Shown here: positions 1 through 12,239 of the stretch, one piece after another
How the letters are laid out: every line of letters starts with the position of its first letter
Numbering within the stretch: position 1 is the stretch's first letter
NCBI RefSeq assembly: GCF_009914755.1
Contig: NC_060925.1
Origin: the human T2T-CHM13v2.0 reference genome, Homo sapiens
Reading direction: 5' to 3' (one strand)
Length of the DNA: 64,000 nucleotides
Notes under the pieces: model-generated
Told to the model about the DNA's origin: nothing
The model's database searches: none
The model's input: the letters and a program-made list of their open reading frames with translations, nothing else
Position numbers and translations under genes: made by a program

Positions 1-126
1 ATTCCCAATCATTTTGGCACCAGGGACTGGTTTCACCAGAGAAGACAATTTTTCCATTAACTAGGAGGTACAGGATGGTTTTGGGATGAAACTGTTCCAC
101 CTCAGAACATCAAGCATTAGGTTCTT
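1..126 (-). mobile_element. MER1B (hAT-Charlie) DNA transposon, first part; starts at or just before the window edge
   Basis: Matches the reverse complement of the MER1B 3' half (ttttggcaccagggactggtttc...gaagacaatttttcca...gggatgaaactgttccacctcaga). Continues after the L1 at 1193. Confidence 0.85.
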
Positions 127-1187
127 TTTTTTTTTTTTAGATTATACTTTAAGTTCTGGGATACATGTGCAGAATGTGCAGGTTTGTTGCATCGGTATAC
201 ACGTGGCATGGTGGTTTGCTGCACCCATCAACCCATCATCTAAATTAGATATTTCTCCTAGTGCTATCCCTTCCCTATCCCCCCACCCCTCGACAGGCCC
301 TGTTTGTGTGATGTTTCCCTCCCTGTGTCCGTGTGTTCTCATTGTTCAACTCCCACTTGTGAGTGAGAACATGCGGTGTTTGGTTTTCTGTTCTTGTGTT
401 AGTTTGCTGAGAATGATGGTTTCCAGCTTCATCCATGTCCCTGTAAAGGACATGAACTCATCCTTTTTTATGGCTGCATAGTATTCCATGGTGTATATGT
501 GCCACATTTTCTTTATCCAGTCTATCATTGATGGGCATTTGGGTTGGTTCCAAGTCTGCTATTGTGAACAGTGCTGCAATAAACATACACATGTATGTGT
601 CTTTATAGTAGAATGATTTATAATCCTTTGGGTATATACCCAGTAATGGGATTGCTGGGTCAAATAGTGTTTCTTGTTTTAGATCCTTGAGGAATTGCCA
701 CACTGTCTTCCACAATGGTTGAACTAATTTACACTCCCACCAACAGTGTAAAAGCTTTCCTATTTCTCCACATCATCTCCAGCATCTGTTGTTTCCTGAC
801 TTTTTAGTGATCACCATTCTAACTGGTGTGAGATGGTATCTCATTGTGGTTTTGATTTGCATTTCTCTAATGACCAGTGATGATGAACTTTTTTCATATG
901 TTTGTTGCATGCATAAATGTCTTCTTTTGAGAAGTGTCTGTTCATATCCTTTGCCCACTTCTTGATGGGGTTGTTTGTTTTTTTCTTGTAAACTTGTTTA
1001 AGTTCTTTGTAGATTCTGGATATTAGCCCTTTGTCAGATGGGTAGATTGCGAAATTTTTCTCCCATTCTGTAGGTTGCCTGTTTACTCTGATGATAGTTT
1101 CTTTTGCTGTGCAGAAGCTCTTTAGTTTAATTAGATCCCATTTGTTAATTTTGGCTTTTGTTGCCATTGCTTTTGGTGTTTTAGTCA
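127..1187 (-). mobile_element. L1PA7-like LINE-1, 5'-truncated (end of ORF2 + 3' UTR + poly-A)
   Basis: Poly-T at about 125-138, then L1PA7-type 3' UTR. ORF 841..1167 gives L1 ORF2 C-terminal peptide ([17 protein letters not shown]). TSD TAGGTTCTT at 118-126 and 1193-1201. Confidence 0.93.
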
Positions 1188-1192
1188 GGTAC

Positions 1193-1411
1193 TAGGTTCT
1201 TATAAGGAGCATGCAACCTACAGCCCTCGAATGTGCAGTTCACAATAGGGTGCAAGCTTCTGTGAGAATCTAATGCTGCCACTGATCCGACAGGAGGTGG
1301 AGCTCAGGTGGTAATGCTTACTGGCCCACCACTCACCTCCTGCTGTGCAGCCCGGTTTCTAAAAGGCCATGAACTGGTACCCAACCATGGCTCAGGGGTT
1401 GGGGACCCCGG
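1193..1411 (-). mobile_element. MER1B, remainder
   Basis: tataaggagc...gagaatctaatgctgcc...caggaggtggagctcaggtggtaatgct...actcacctcctgctgtgc...ggggttggggacccc terminal repeat. The two parts total about 335 bp, the MER1B length. Confidence 0.88.
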
Positions 1412-1584
1412 CTCTAAGGCATACTCATTTGATGATCTTCCCGACATCCTTTGATTTTGGACACTGCTTGCCTTCTTCCTTCTGGAAACTGCTTTCTCCC
1501 TTTTCTTCCGCCCTACCCATGTGGCTACCATGGTTTTCTGTAGCTCTTCCCCTGGCCAATCATCCTCCCCTCAAAGCTAAGCCC

Positions 1585-1795
1585 ATGCTTTGGAGTCAGA
1601 CAGTCTAAGATTAACCAAAACTCCATTAATCCCTGCTTCTGTGATCTTGAGCAAGGCGCCTCCTTCCTCATGGCTCAACCTCATCTGAAAATGGGGATAA
1701 TCACAGTACCCACCACCAAAGACTTCGTAGGAATCATTGTTCAGGTAAAGCATTTTGCTCTGTGCCTGGTACGTGGTAAGTTTCCAAAAAAAGGT
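1585..1795 (+). mobile_element. MIR SINE
   Basis: ttggagtcagac...tgtgatcttgagcaag...ctcatctgaaaatggggataat...gtgcctggtac, MIR core and 3' end. Confidence 0.75.
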
Positions 1796-3079
1796 AGTGC
1801 CTCTTGTTTTTAATACCAAATGGAATTGTTATTTTAGTTATTATTCTTAATCTTATTTCTCCTGATCACTTATCAGGAATTTAATTATGTCTCTATGATG
1901 GTACTTTGGATTTTGAACTTGCCACTCAAGGACACAGGGTGTGTGCAGGAGAGTGTGTGGATGGCTGTGAGTGTGCTCAGGTGGGCCTTGGGTGAGAGCA
2001 TTGAGCTGTTTTCTGGCATGCATAAGGGTGGTTCCAAAAGTAAGAGCTAGTAATATCTTCAGGAGACTTCAGTGCACAGACTGCCACTCTGTGCAAACTG
2101 TGAGGTAGGGTGCAAGAAAGCAGAGAGGCAGATTGATTTTTAAAAGGCTGAACTTCCAAGCTGTTGTAAGAAGCAGCCAGCAAATGAGAGATCCATAAAC
2201 CCCGGAAACATGCACTGCATCACTGGGAATGGTGCTGGGAGATGGATTAGGCATTGAAAATGAGTACTTTGCAGAACAAAGAAGTTTTTATATGATGTCA
2301 GAATTTAGAAATTCCCAAGATTGTTTTTTATGGGCAAAGTTAGGTGGGAAGGGAAGAATGGAGGATGAAAATAAATTTCTTAAAAGGATCACCACTGAGG
2401 ATTAAATACTGGTTGGAAGAGAGGCTGGGAGCCAGATATGATTTGGGAATGCAGTGAGGGGCAATGGAGGGGAATAGATTCAATACAACCCTGCCCAGTT
2501 TCTCTGCTGGGCTGGGAAATTGATTTAGGGGGAGCTAAGCAGGAGATCCTCAAAGGCCCTGCACAGTCTTTGGTGGTAAGTTGGGCAGATTTGCTATGGG
2601 TCCAGCTTTAAATGCTTCCAGGCACTGCTCTCCAGGAAAGTCACTTGGGTGAAGACACTGAATATTGATCCCCAGCTGCCACCGAAGTTCTACTATGGGC
2701 TAGTGCACATGTCACTTAAGGAAAAGCAAGAAGATGAAACTCCCAGAATCCCCCTGCCACTGTGAAAAGCTCATATATCAAGTGAAAAACAGGGAATAAG
2801 AAGGGAGTATTTTTGCCAGGTCCCCGAAGGGTGGATGGGGCAAGGGTTGTGGAATAGGTGAGGGAGGAAGGGTGCCTGCACTTTGAGAAAAGGTCAGAAA
2901 GGATAGAAAGCTTGGAGTAAAGGAACAGTAATCCTGAGGACAAAGGCATGTTCAGAATTTATGGGTTTTGAATCTGCAAGTGAATTTAAAGTCTACCGCG
3001 GGTGGGTTGTGGTGAATGTGCCACAGCCCCAGAATTTCAGGTCATTCCTTTTAATTTACTTGTTTGCAGCTACACAATA

Positions 3080-3255
3080 GTTTAGATGCCCTTTCAATGC
3101 TGTAAGGATGGAAAAAGGTGATATGATTATCCCCGCTGAATATGTGGGCAAACGAAGCCTCCCTCCAAAAACTTAACAGTCCAAGATCACCCGGGGCCCA
3201 GCCAGGAATGGAACCTAGAACCTCTTGAATTCTAGCTCCTTCCCTTCCACTTTGC
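3080..3255 (-). mobile_element. MIR-family SINE, degraded
   Basis: attatcccc...ccaagatcac...ggaacctagaacctcttgaattctag resembles the reverse complement of the MIR core. Confidence 0.45.
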
Positions 3256-3904
3256 TCACAAAGGGCACATCCACTTCTGAGTGCATAACTCATGTGGTCC
3301 CCAGGTACTCTGCCATCTCATGCAAGAAAGACTGTTCCACTCCACAGATGGAGGTTAGATACGGTCATAGCTGCCATCCTCGATGGGGAAAAGTTAGGGG
3401 CTGTTACAGTCACCTTTAGGGTCTGTACAAAGAATTTGATCATCCCAAACACCCTGTGAATCATGGTTGCTGAGCCAAGCTGGACAGCGTGTGATTTCCT
3501 TCAGAAGGGCTAAGACTAGAGTGAAGAAGGCACCTTCCTGGGGAGACCATGTAACCTTATTCTCTGCCCTGTGGTCTCTTTGCCCTGGGAGACCTGAAAC
3601 ACTAGGGCTCATGGGAGGAAATTGTTAGCTATTTGATGTTGTGAACATCAACAAGAGAATGGTGATAGCAAGCTGAATGCCCTTGTGTTTGACAGGCTTG
3701 GTGTTTAATAACATTTGCCATTCAGAGTCTGATATTTTTCTGAGTTTTACATCTGTTTTTTACATCACTTTTTAGAAAGTTGAAATCCTATATACATACA
3801 TATACATATATGTACACACATACTTTTTTCCAACTTCAACCGAAAGAACTATACATTTTCAATCCATGTTATATAGGTTTTTTATGAACATAATAAATTC
3901 AAAT

Positions 3905-5397
3905 ACCTGAATAGCCAAGACAATCCTAAGCAAAAATAACAAAGCTGGAGGCATCATGTTACCCAACTTCAAAATATACTACTAGGCTACAGTAACCAAA
4001 ACAGCATGCTATTGGTACAAAAACAGACACGCAGACCAATGGAACAAAATAGAGATCTCAGAAATAAGATTGCATATCTACAACCATCTGATCTTTGACA
4101 AGCCTGACAAAAACAAGCAATGGGGAAAAGATTCCCTATTTAATAAATGGTTCTGGGAGAACTGGCTAGCCTTATGCAGAAAATTGTAACTGGATCCCTT
4201 CCTTCCACCATATAAAAAATTAACTCAAGGTGAATTAAAGACTTAAATGTAAAACCCAAAACTATAAAAACCTTAGATGAAAATCTAGGCAATACCATTC
4301 AGGACACAGGCACAGGCAAAGATTCCATGATGAAAATGCGAAAAGCAATTGCAACAGAAGCAAAAATTGACAAATGGGATCTAAGTAAACTAAAGAGCTT
4401 CTGCACAACAAAAGAAACTATCAACGGAGTGAACAGACAACCTACTGAATGGGAGAAAATTTTTGCAATCTATCCATCTGACGAAGGTCTAATATCCAGA
4501 GTCTATAAGGAACTTACACAAATTTACAAGAAAAAACCAATCCCATTAAAAAGTGGGCAAAAGACATGAACAGACACTTCTCAAATGAAGACATTCATGT
4601 GGCCAAAAAACATATGAAGAAAACCTCAACATCACTGATCATTAGAGAAATGTAAATCAAAATCACAATGAGTTACCATCTCACACAAGTCAGATAGCTA
4701 TTATTAAAAACTAAAAAAAAATCAGATGCTAGCAAGATTGTGAAGAAAAAGGAACAATTTTACACTGTTGGTGGGAGTGACAATCAGTTCAACCATTGTG
4801 GAAGACAGTGTGGCAATTTCTCAAAGACCTAGAGGCAGAAATACCATTTGACCCAATAATCTCATTACTGGGTATATACCCAAAAAGATATAAATCATTC
4901 TATTACAAAGATACATGTATGTGTATGTTTATTGCAGCACTATTCACAATAGCAAAGACATATAATTAACCTAAATGCCCATCAATGATAGACTGGATAA
5001 AGAAAATGTAGTAGGTATATACCGTGGAATAATATGTAGCCATAAAGAGGAATGAAATTATGTTCTTTGCAGGGACATAGATGGAATTGGAAGCCATTGT
5101 CCTCTGCAAACTAATGCAAGAACAGAGAATCAATCACTGTATGTTCTCACTTATAAGTGGGAGCTGAATGATGAGAACACATGGGCACATGTGGGGGAAC
5201 AACACACACTGGGGCCTGTCAGAGGGGAGCTTGGGGGAGGGAGATCATCAGGAAGAATAGCTAATGGATGCTGGGTTTAATACCTAGGTGATGGGATGAT
5301 CTGTGTAGCTAACCACCATGGCACCTATTTACCTATGAAACAAACTTGTGCACCTAACACATGTACCCCTGAACTTAAAATAAATGTTAAAGAAAAA
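3905..5397 (+). mobile_element. L1PA12/L1PA13-like LINE-1, 5'-truncated (~1.5 kb)
   Basis: ORF2 3' sequence (ORF 4327..4569, [14 protein letters not shown]) and 3' UTR gaagaatagctaatggatgctggg...gatgatctgtg. 13-bp TSD AATAAATTCAAAT at 3892-3904 and 5398-5410. Confidence 0.92.
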
Positions 5398-5640
5398 AAT
5401 AAATTCAAATGTTAAATTTTCTTCTTCTCTTCACAGAATCCTTTTAGCACATGACCTCCTGACTTCTTTACCTGCTTACAGGGAGAAAGGCTGAACTATG
5501 ATGATTTAGTCATTTTTACAAATGAGCAGTAAAGGGTCAGAATTACACAAGTTAGTGGAAGCATCTAGACTTTCTGAGTTAGATAATGCACTTTCTACCA
5601 TAGCACAAGCATCTGTGTAATTATGTCTAAATTTCCAGGC

Positions 5641-5650
<10 letters not shown>

Positions 5651-5671
<21 letters not shown>

Positions 5672-5951
5672 GAGATGGAGTCTCGCTCTGTTGCCCAGGC
5701 TGGAGTGCAGTGGCGTGATCTCCGCTCACTGCAAGCTCTGCCTCCAGGGTTCACGCCGTTCTCCTGCCTCAGCCTCCTGAGTCGCTGGGACTATAGGCAC
5801 CCACCACCACACCCGGCTAATTTTTTGTATTTTTAGTAGAGACGGGGTTTCACTGTGTTAGCCAGGATGGTCTCGATCTCCTGACCTCGTGATCCGCCCG
5901 CCTTGGCCTCCCAAAGTGCTGGGATTACAGCGTGAGCCACCACGCCCAGCC
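5651..5951 (-). mobile_element. AluY, full length
   Basis: Poly-T tail; AluY diagnostics (gcaagctc, gttcacgcc, gtgttagccaggatggtctcgatctcctgacctcgtga). TSD AGGCCCAGACTTTT at 5637-5650 and 5952-5965, followed by AA (TTTT/AA endonuclease site). Confidence 0.96.
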
Positions 5952-6649
5952 AGGCCCAGACTTTTAAACGATAAACTTTTTCATAGTTGGTTCCATGAAT
6001 TATTTAAAAGTTTCATGAAGGAAGACCACTCATTGTGGGCCAAAGGCCATTGATGGCAATCAGACAAGGGATCCAAATTCAGGCCTCCTAGTAACTATTT
6101 CCATAAACAACTTTGCTTTCCTGCTCAATGAACAAACAGATTTCATCAAAATTTTGGAGGAAAAAAAAGGAGCATTTATTCTTCAGTCTTTCCCCCCTCT
6201 GGAGAAAGCCCAAGTTTGTTTTGTCTATTGGTTTTGAATATTGCATGTGCTACTATCATTTATGAGAGCCATTTAGTGATCAGATTGCATGTCTCCCTTG
6301 TTTAGGTAGTTCTGCAGATGGACTGGCATTTGCTTGCATACAGCTGTGCACATCTGGCATGCAGGTGGGTTTTCTGATAGGCTAGCTTGCTTACAAAATG
6401 ATTTCTTCTGGGAATGAAGAGGAGAGATTGCCCAAGGCCTGAGATGAAGCCGTCCACAAGCTTGGACACTGATTTGTTTCTAACAAAGGTTTTCTGAGCA
6501 GGGTAGTTTGGGAAAGATGATGAGAAGCATACACCTAGAAAACGAGCGGTCACAGAGTTCCCATCCCCAAAGGCAGGTGTGTGTCAAGGCCTAAGTTGAT
6601 TTTTGGGGGGCCTGAGAGAGTTTGGAGGGTTAATGCTCTAGTCAAAACT

Positions 6650-6878
6650 ATATCTATGGATATTTATGGATGAAATGACATGATAAGTTAGAATTGCTTC
6701 AAAAAAATCCTACGTGGGTGTGTGTGGGAGTGTGGGGAATGGGGTTTAGGGATGCAACAAGAGAGATGTTGGGTTGATGATTTTTATAGAGGAGTGATTA
6801 GTACATGGGGTTCATTGACAATTCACTCTATTTTTATGTATTTTTGAAATTTTCTAGAATCAAAAGTTAAAAACAAAA
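6650..6878 (+). mobile_element. Ancient L1ME-type 3' end fragment
   Basis: tatttatggatgaaatgacatgat...gtacatggggttcatt...tttttgaaattttctagaatcaaaagttaaaa resembles the L1ME 3' terminus. Confidence 0.65.
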
Positions 6879-7879
6879 TCTGTTCCCACATATGGGCCTC
6901 CAGAGGCACATTTAATCCTGATAGACTTCTTGTTAATTCTAGGTAGTGGATGGCTGGTGGGGTGCAGGCATGAACACAGGCAATACGAGGAGCAGGAGGT
7001 GGGTGGGTAGTCCCTCACACAGCCAAAGGAGGGAGAGTGGACTTGGCGCATTTCTCCTGTGACACATTATTCTCTGCTGTACCCGTCAGAAGGCAGGTGT
7101 CATTTCCTCATGCACCATAGCTGTCCCCTCTCCTCTCCTCTTCTCCTTGGCAATCTCTCCAAGATGCTCAGGGTTGCACGGAGCCCAGAAATGACCAGAA
7201 AAAGGGCTGGTAGAAACAAAATGGGTATTAATGCCACATTCTGTCAGAATTCCAAACCTAATCTAAGCTATAGCCCCAGAAAAGGAGAAAGGTGAAAGGG
7301 AACAGAAAGGTGAAAAAGTAAACCAAGAAACTGAGGAAGTTTTAGAAGAAATGCTCATCTTTTGGGAGAGAGACTTTCCCGGGCCATCTCCTTGCTAATA
7401 GAACATGCAGATGCCCAGCAGAAGTGAGAGGTGAGTGCCTCAGGCCACTAGAAGAGACCAGGGCGGCCTCTCTGGCCCTTGATGTGCTAGGAGGAGCTGG
7501 CTCCGCCCCACGCTCACCAGGAGAAGGTCATCCCCCGGATTTCTAACAGCTTTCATGGAGGAAGCAGCGGCTAGCTTTCCACAGGACAGCCTCTGCCAGG
7601 CCCCCTTCCGGACCCTTCCAAAACCAAAGGTGCTCCGCACTAAGCTTGTAAATGACCTTTCCATTCCCGACTCCGGTTGGTGTCTATGTTTAGCTTCCCT
7701 CCTTTCCTCCTGGGGACACTAAGGTGGGGGGTAGTGGTCCTGGCCCCAAGCCATGGGAGCCGGTGCCTGGGCAGCAAGGTGAGAGCACCAGCGGCTTCCA
7801 GAGAGTCCATATGGCTGCGTGGCCACAAATAGCTGCACCGACTTGAAAAAAACGCCCACTCCTCTGAAACACACTCTGT

Positions 7880-8350
7880 GTACTTGAGTCAGACACATTC
7901 TGTTCTCTCCCTTCATCCTGACAGGAGCCTCCGTGAGATCCACTCTCAGCTGAGGGGTCCCTACAACCTCTCTTCTTGAACGCCCACTCTCCCAACCTGT
8001 TTTTCTTTGTATCTGCTGCTCTCCCTGTGTCTTCCTCCCGCCTCTGACTCTATCCTGCATCCCGTTCCCATCTCTCTGGTCTGTGCCTCCTTTCCCGGAT
8101 TCCTCCCACCAGCCTGTCACTGTGCCGCCCTTCTCTCCCTTCCCCACCCCGCCCCCTCCCGCCGGCCTCTCTCTGCTCCACACAGCTGGGCTCTCTGGGG
8201 ATGTGGCTGTTTGGGCTGCAGTTCTATGGGCACAGGTGGCACTGGCAGATGCAAGTCCTTTCCATTCATGTGGGTAAACAGTAAACATTATATTAAAATA
8301 TTCATCACCAGGCCCTCTGTCTGAATGTTAATCTGGGGCGGGAGCTGATT
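7880..8350. promoter_or_regulatory. Candidate promoter/enhancer-like non-repeat segment
   Basis: AP-1 TGAGTCA 7885-7891; GC box CCCCGCCCC 8147-8155 within five C-tracts (8137-8160); tandem FOX motif GTAAACAGTAAACA 8274-8287; GGGGCGGGAG near 8335. Motif evidence only. Confidence 0.35.
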
Positions 8351-9050
8351 CATAGTCCCCGGCACCAGCTCCTGGGCAAAGCCCGACAGTGACGATGCAA
8401 CTCTGCAGCAGTAGAGTGGTCAGGAGAGGTTGGCATGGGAGCAAAAGCATTGATTTTGCATTTGGTTCAAGAGTGATACACGGTGGAGCTTTCTGGCCAG
8501 AGAAACTGCCTGTCTACCTGGGGAGGACATGCTTTTGTAGGGCAGTCACTGACAGCTGAGCGCAGGTGGGCCTGAGCAGACCTGTAGAACAAGCAGGTAT
8601 CTGACACTGGGCTCCTGGTTGCCTGTTTATCACTTTTGTATTTATATGTCTGGCTATGTGCAGAGCGCTAACAAGCCCGGTGGCTCCTTAAAAACCCACT
8701 GGTGATCTATTTGCTCTCTGTTGTTAACAGTGGCACACCATGTATCTGTTCCATTTCACAGTCAAAGCCTAGGAATCCTGCTGGATTCTGGACAATGCCT
8801 CAATGATATCGAAGAAAAATCTAGACTCTTTCTAAGGGATAGATTTTTGGAGGAAGGATGGCACACGGTTCTTAGTGTCTAAAACAATTCTTCATCAGGA
8901 ACTTCTTTCCTATAATGAATCTAGATCCCTCATACTCCAGAGGAGTCGAAAACGGGTCGGTCATGGTCCTCTAGGTGAGACCCTTCATGTACAGGAGACC
9001 TCTATTAGCTCACACACTGTCTTCAGCGTTCACTTCTGCAGGCACGGCTG

Positions 9051-9290
9051 CATTCATTCATTCATTCATTCATTGCTCACCCACTCATTTATTTAATGAC
9101 AATTATGGATTGCCTGCCCAGTGACTCATACTGGGCCAGGCAAGTGTGAAGAGACGAGTTGTCCTCCCAGGCTGCCCTTGAGAATTCACAGTCCAGTGCA
9201 GAAGATAGACAGATACATCATGCACAGGGCTAATTACTCAGTGCAAAGAGCTACGGGAACCCAGATGAGGGAGTGACAACACCTCACAGA
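9051..9290 (-). mobile_element. L2 3' end
   Basis: (CATT)n terminus followed by ctgcccttgagaattcacagtccagt, typical of reverse-strand L2. Confidence 0.7.
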
Positions 9291-9299
9291 TGTTGTTTC

Positions 9300-9422
9300 A
9301 AGAGATTTTTGAGCTCCTCAAGGGCAAAGATCCTACTGTAGTCATATTTTTAATTTTAGTGGCTACACAGTGCCTGCTTCATAGTGAGTGCTCATGGAAT
9401 GTTTGTTGAATGAATGAATGAA
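9300..9422 (+). mobile_element. L2 3' end
   Basis: tgagctcctcaagggcaaaga...cacagtgcctg...gtttgttgaatgaatgaatgaa. Confidence 0.75.
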
Positions 9423-10565
9423 GGTTGTTCTTAGGACACAAAGATGTGAAAGATGATCCCTGCTATCCAGGGGCTTAGCTTTGTTAGGGAAACAAGAAAT
9501 TATTGAAGGCATGAGTGAGCATGGGGCCCAACAGTCACCAAATTACTGAGATCTTCTAAATTTCCTTTCTATAATACCCCCACTGTACCCCATATGGGGA
9601 TATCTAAGCACCCACAAAACTTTACAATATATTGTTTGTTGTCTGCCTCTCTAGCTGGACTACATGGGACCAAGCTCTGGGAATAGTACACCCTGTGGCC
9701 ATTCCCTCAAGACACATCCATGACAATTACATGCTGTCTAACTGAACTTGTATATTGAGGCAGAGTGGTACTCATGATATCAGAAGTGCCGTTTGTGTGG
9801 CGAGAAGCTGGGACCTGCGTCAGGCATTTCACATAGGCAGTCACAATAATCCTCGCACACTCAAACTGTATCTTTTCGAATTCATTCAGGAGGCGGAGCA
9901 GAATTCAGAAGTCTTGCTAGAGTCCCTGAATATTACATTGTGTTACTTCCCCACATCCTGTCACCATGCCTCAGAGAAACACTGGATTATACTGCGGGGA
10001 GAGCCTTTCAACATCCTGCTGGCTGATGTTTAACATCCCACTCTTTTCAAGCCATTTTGGAATTGACGTGAAGAAGTCTTTGCATTGTTTCTCTATATAG
10101 AGAAATTCATGTTCTCGTGAGTTTTCCTGTTATTAAAATAGAAAGGCTCATCACTTTTATTTTTTGAGTGCCGGATTCCCACAGATACTAGAAAATGGTA
10201 TCTGTGTCCCTGCTATTTTAATACTCCAGTATATATGCTACTGAGGTCTGTTGGAGTCAAATTCGTCTCACTAATTTAAATACCTTTCACCAGGTATTCC
10301 CCAACTTCTCCTTGTTTTCCCACCCTGCCAATCTGTGTTGATGTGCTACATATGTCTCTCTAATAACCTGGGTGGGAGCTCAGCGCACACATGGCTCCTT
10401 ATTCCATGAAATAAGTAAAAATTAAAGTGCTGGCTGGCACGTACTCTTCTTGGTGACTCGGGGCTGCCATATGCAGAAGCATCTCTGGCACTGTTTACTG
10501 AAGTCTCTCATTTTCTGTCTTGCTGGGATCTGGGAATACTTTAAATATTCAGCTCGAGGTAGCGC

Positions 10566-10765
10566 TTAACATTTATTAACTGCTGATTCTGTGCCAGGCA
10601 CTGGCCAAGGCATATCCACATTCATCTCACCCCCTACAAGACCATTCTGTGAGGCTATAAAATGGTCCTCATTTTATAAACAAGAAACTGAGGCTCCGGG
10701 CTGAAAGGAACTGGCTTCAAGTCTCCTAGCTGTTAAAAAGGGACACAGGAGTTCTCATCTAGTCT
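10566..10765 (-). mobile_element. MIR SINE
   Basis: aacatttatt...gtgccaggcactg...attttataaacaagaaactgaggctc. Confidence 0.75.
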
Positions 10766-10779
10766 TCTGTGTTTTATAG

Positions 10780-10930
10780 ACATCTGTATAGGGCTTACTG
10801 TGTTCTAGATGCCACTGTAAACATTTTACAAACATGAACACTTTTAATCCTCATAACAACCCTGTGAGGGAGGTAGTATCTGATGCTAACAGATAAGGAA
10901 ACTGAGGCATACAGGAGTGGAATCACTGTC
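10780..10930 (-). mobile_element. MIR SINE
   Basis: tttaatcctcataacaaccctgtgagg...acagataaggaaactgaggca. Confidence 0.8.
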
Positions 10931-11782
10931 CTCATTTATCTAGCTGCAGCTCTCTGCTGCCTTTCCCCCGTAAGTCCTAGACTTCAAGTCATGCCTGTCC
11001 AGGCCAAGGGTGTTAGAGAGGAGATCCCAAAAGAACAAAGCTCATCCTGAGGCTAAAAAGCTCACTCTTTTCTGATTTTCTTAATTGTGATACTAATTGC
11101 ATGGCTGTCTAGGCATTCTTCTTTTCCTCCTTGCTTTCTTTTAATAGTCCTTCAGGGGAAAAAAATGGTACTTACAACCTGATTTTCCAGAACGCATACT
11201 TTGCGGCCAGCCCTCTCTTTCCTCTTCCCTTCACTTCTCCTCGGTTTTGGTTTGGCGTGGGAGCAGAATCCGCTAACTCTGAGAGATCATGTGCTCCTCC
11301 GCTTGCCCCATCTCCCTCTCTCTCACCGTCAATTACAGCAAATGTCATTAATTTGAAAGGCAAGGGACCAGGAAGAATGGATTTTGAATTAACTAGTTCA
11401 AATAATCTGATATTTTTACTGGAGCATGACAGGGTATCCAGTTAGCTGGGGAACAACAATTGCTTCCAATTGTGCATTCTCTTGGATAAACCGATATCTG
11501 CTTAACAAGGTTTTTCTGTAAAGGGCAATCAAATAGTCATTTGTGTTTCACGGGGCTTCTGAGCCTGGATCCTAATGCCTAGGGCAGCTGCTGTTGTGCT
11601 GTTGTGTTGTACTGCCTTGTGGGAGAAATAGGCTTCCCCCTTCATGCAAGAAAGCATGCTTCTGGGACTCCCTGGGGCTCAGACATATTATCTGCCCTAG
11701 GCCCTCATCGGTACCATGAGTCGGTCCCTTGGATTCTTTAGTGTTAGGTAATAATCACCAGTGCTTATGTTAAACACCTCCT

Positions 11783-12140
11783 GGCTGGGCATGGTGGCTC
11801 ACGCCTGTAATCCTAGCACTTTGGGAGGCCGAGGTGGGCAGATCATCTTAGGTCAGGAGTTTGAGACCAGCCTGGCCAACATGGTGAAACCCTGTCTCCA
11901 CTAAAAGTAGAAAAATTAGCTGGGCGTGGTGGTGTGCACCTGTTGTCCCAGCTACTCAGGAGGCTGAGGCAGGAGGATCGCTTGAACTCAGGAGGTGGAA
12001 GTTGCAGTAAGCCGAGATCATGCCACTGCCCTCTAGCCTGGGTAACAGAGAGAGGCTCCATCTCAAAACAACAACAGCAACAACAACAACAACAACAAAA
12101 ACAAAACAAAAAACAAACAAAGAAAACAAACAAACAAACA
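11783..12140 (+). mobile_element. AluS (Sx/Sz-like) with microsatellite tail
   Basis: Dimeric Alu (ggtcaggagtttgagaccagcctggccaacatggtgaaac). Body ends at 12064. Confidence 0.95.
12065..12140 (+). repeat. (CAA)n/(CAAA)n compound microsatellite derived from the Alu tail
   Basis: aaaacaacaacagcaacaacaacaacaacaacaaaaacaaaac...aaacaaacaaacaaac. Confidence 0.9.
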
Positions 12141-12239
12141 CAAATCCTGCTTGGGTCTTGTAAAATTCCTGGTAGCAGAAATGACTAATGAGTCACCAAA
12201 AACTTGTGCAACCTCTTGCATAGTAAGAAACTGTTGCCA

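Noticed and set aside
841-1167. ORFs with real protein similarity (also 458-715, 773-958, 4327-4569)
   Set aside because: They are fragments of L1 ORF2 in truncated, frameshifted elements, not host genes.
7719-8288. Longest ORF (189 aa, minus strand)
   Set aside because: G/E/R-rich composition follows from the pyrimidine tract; no recognisable domain or exon structure.
11843-12188. Poly-Q, poly-C and poly-V ORFs
   Set aside because: Translations of the Alu and its (CAA)n tail.
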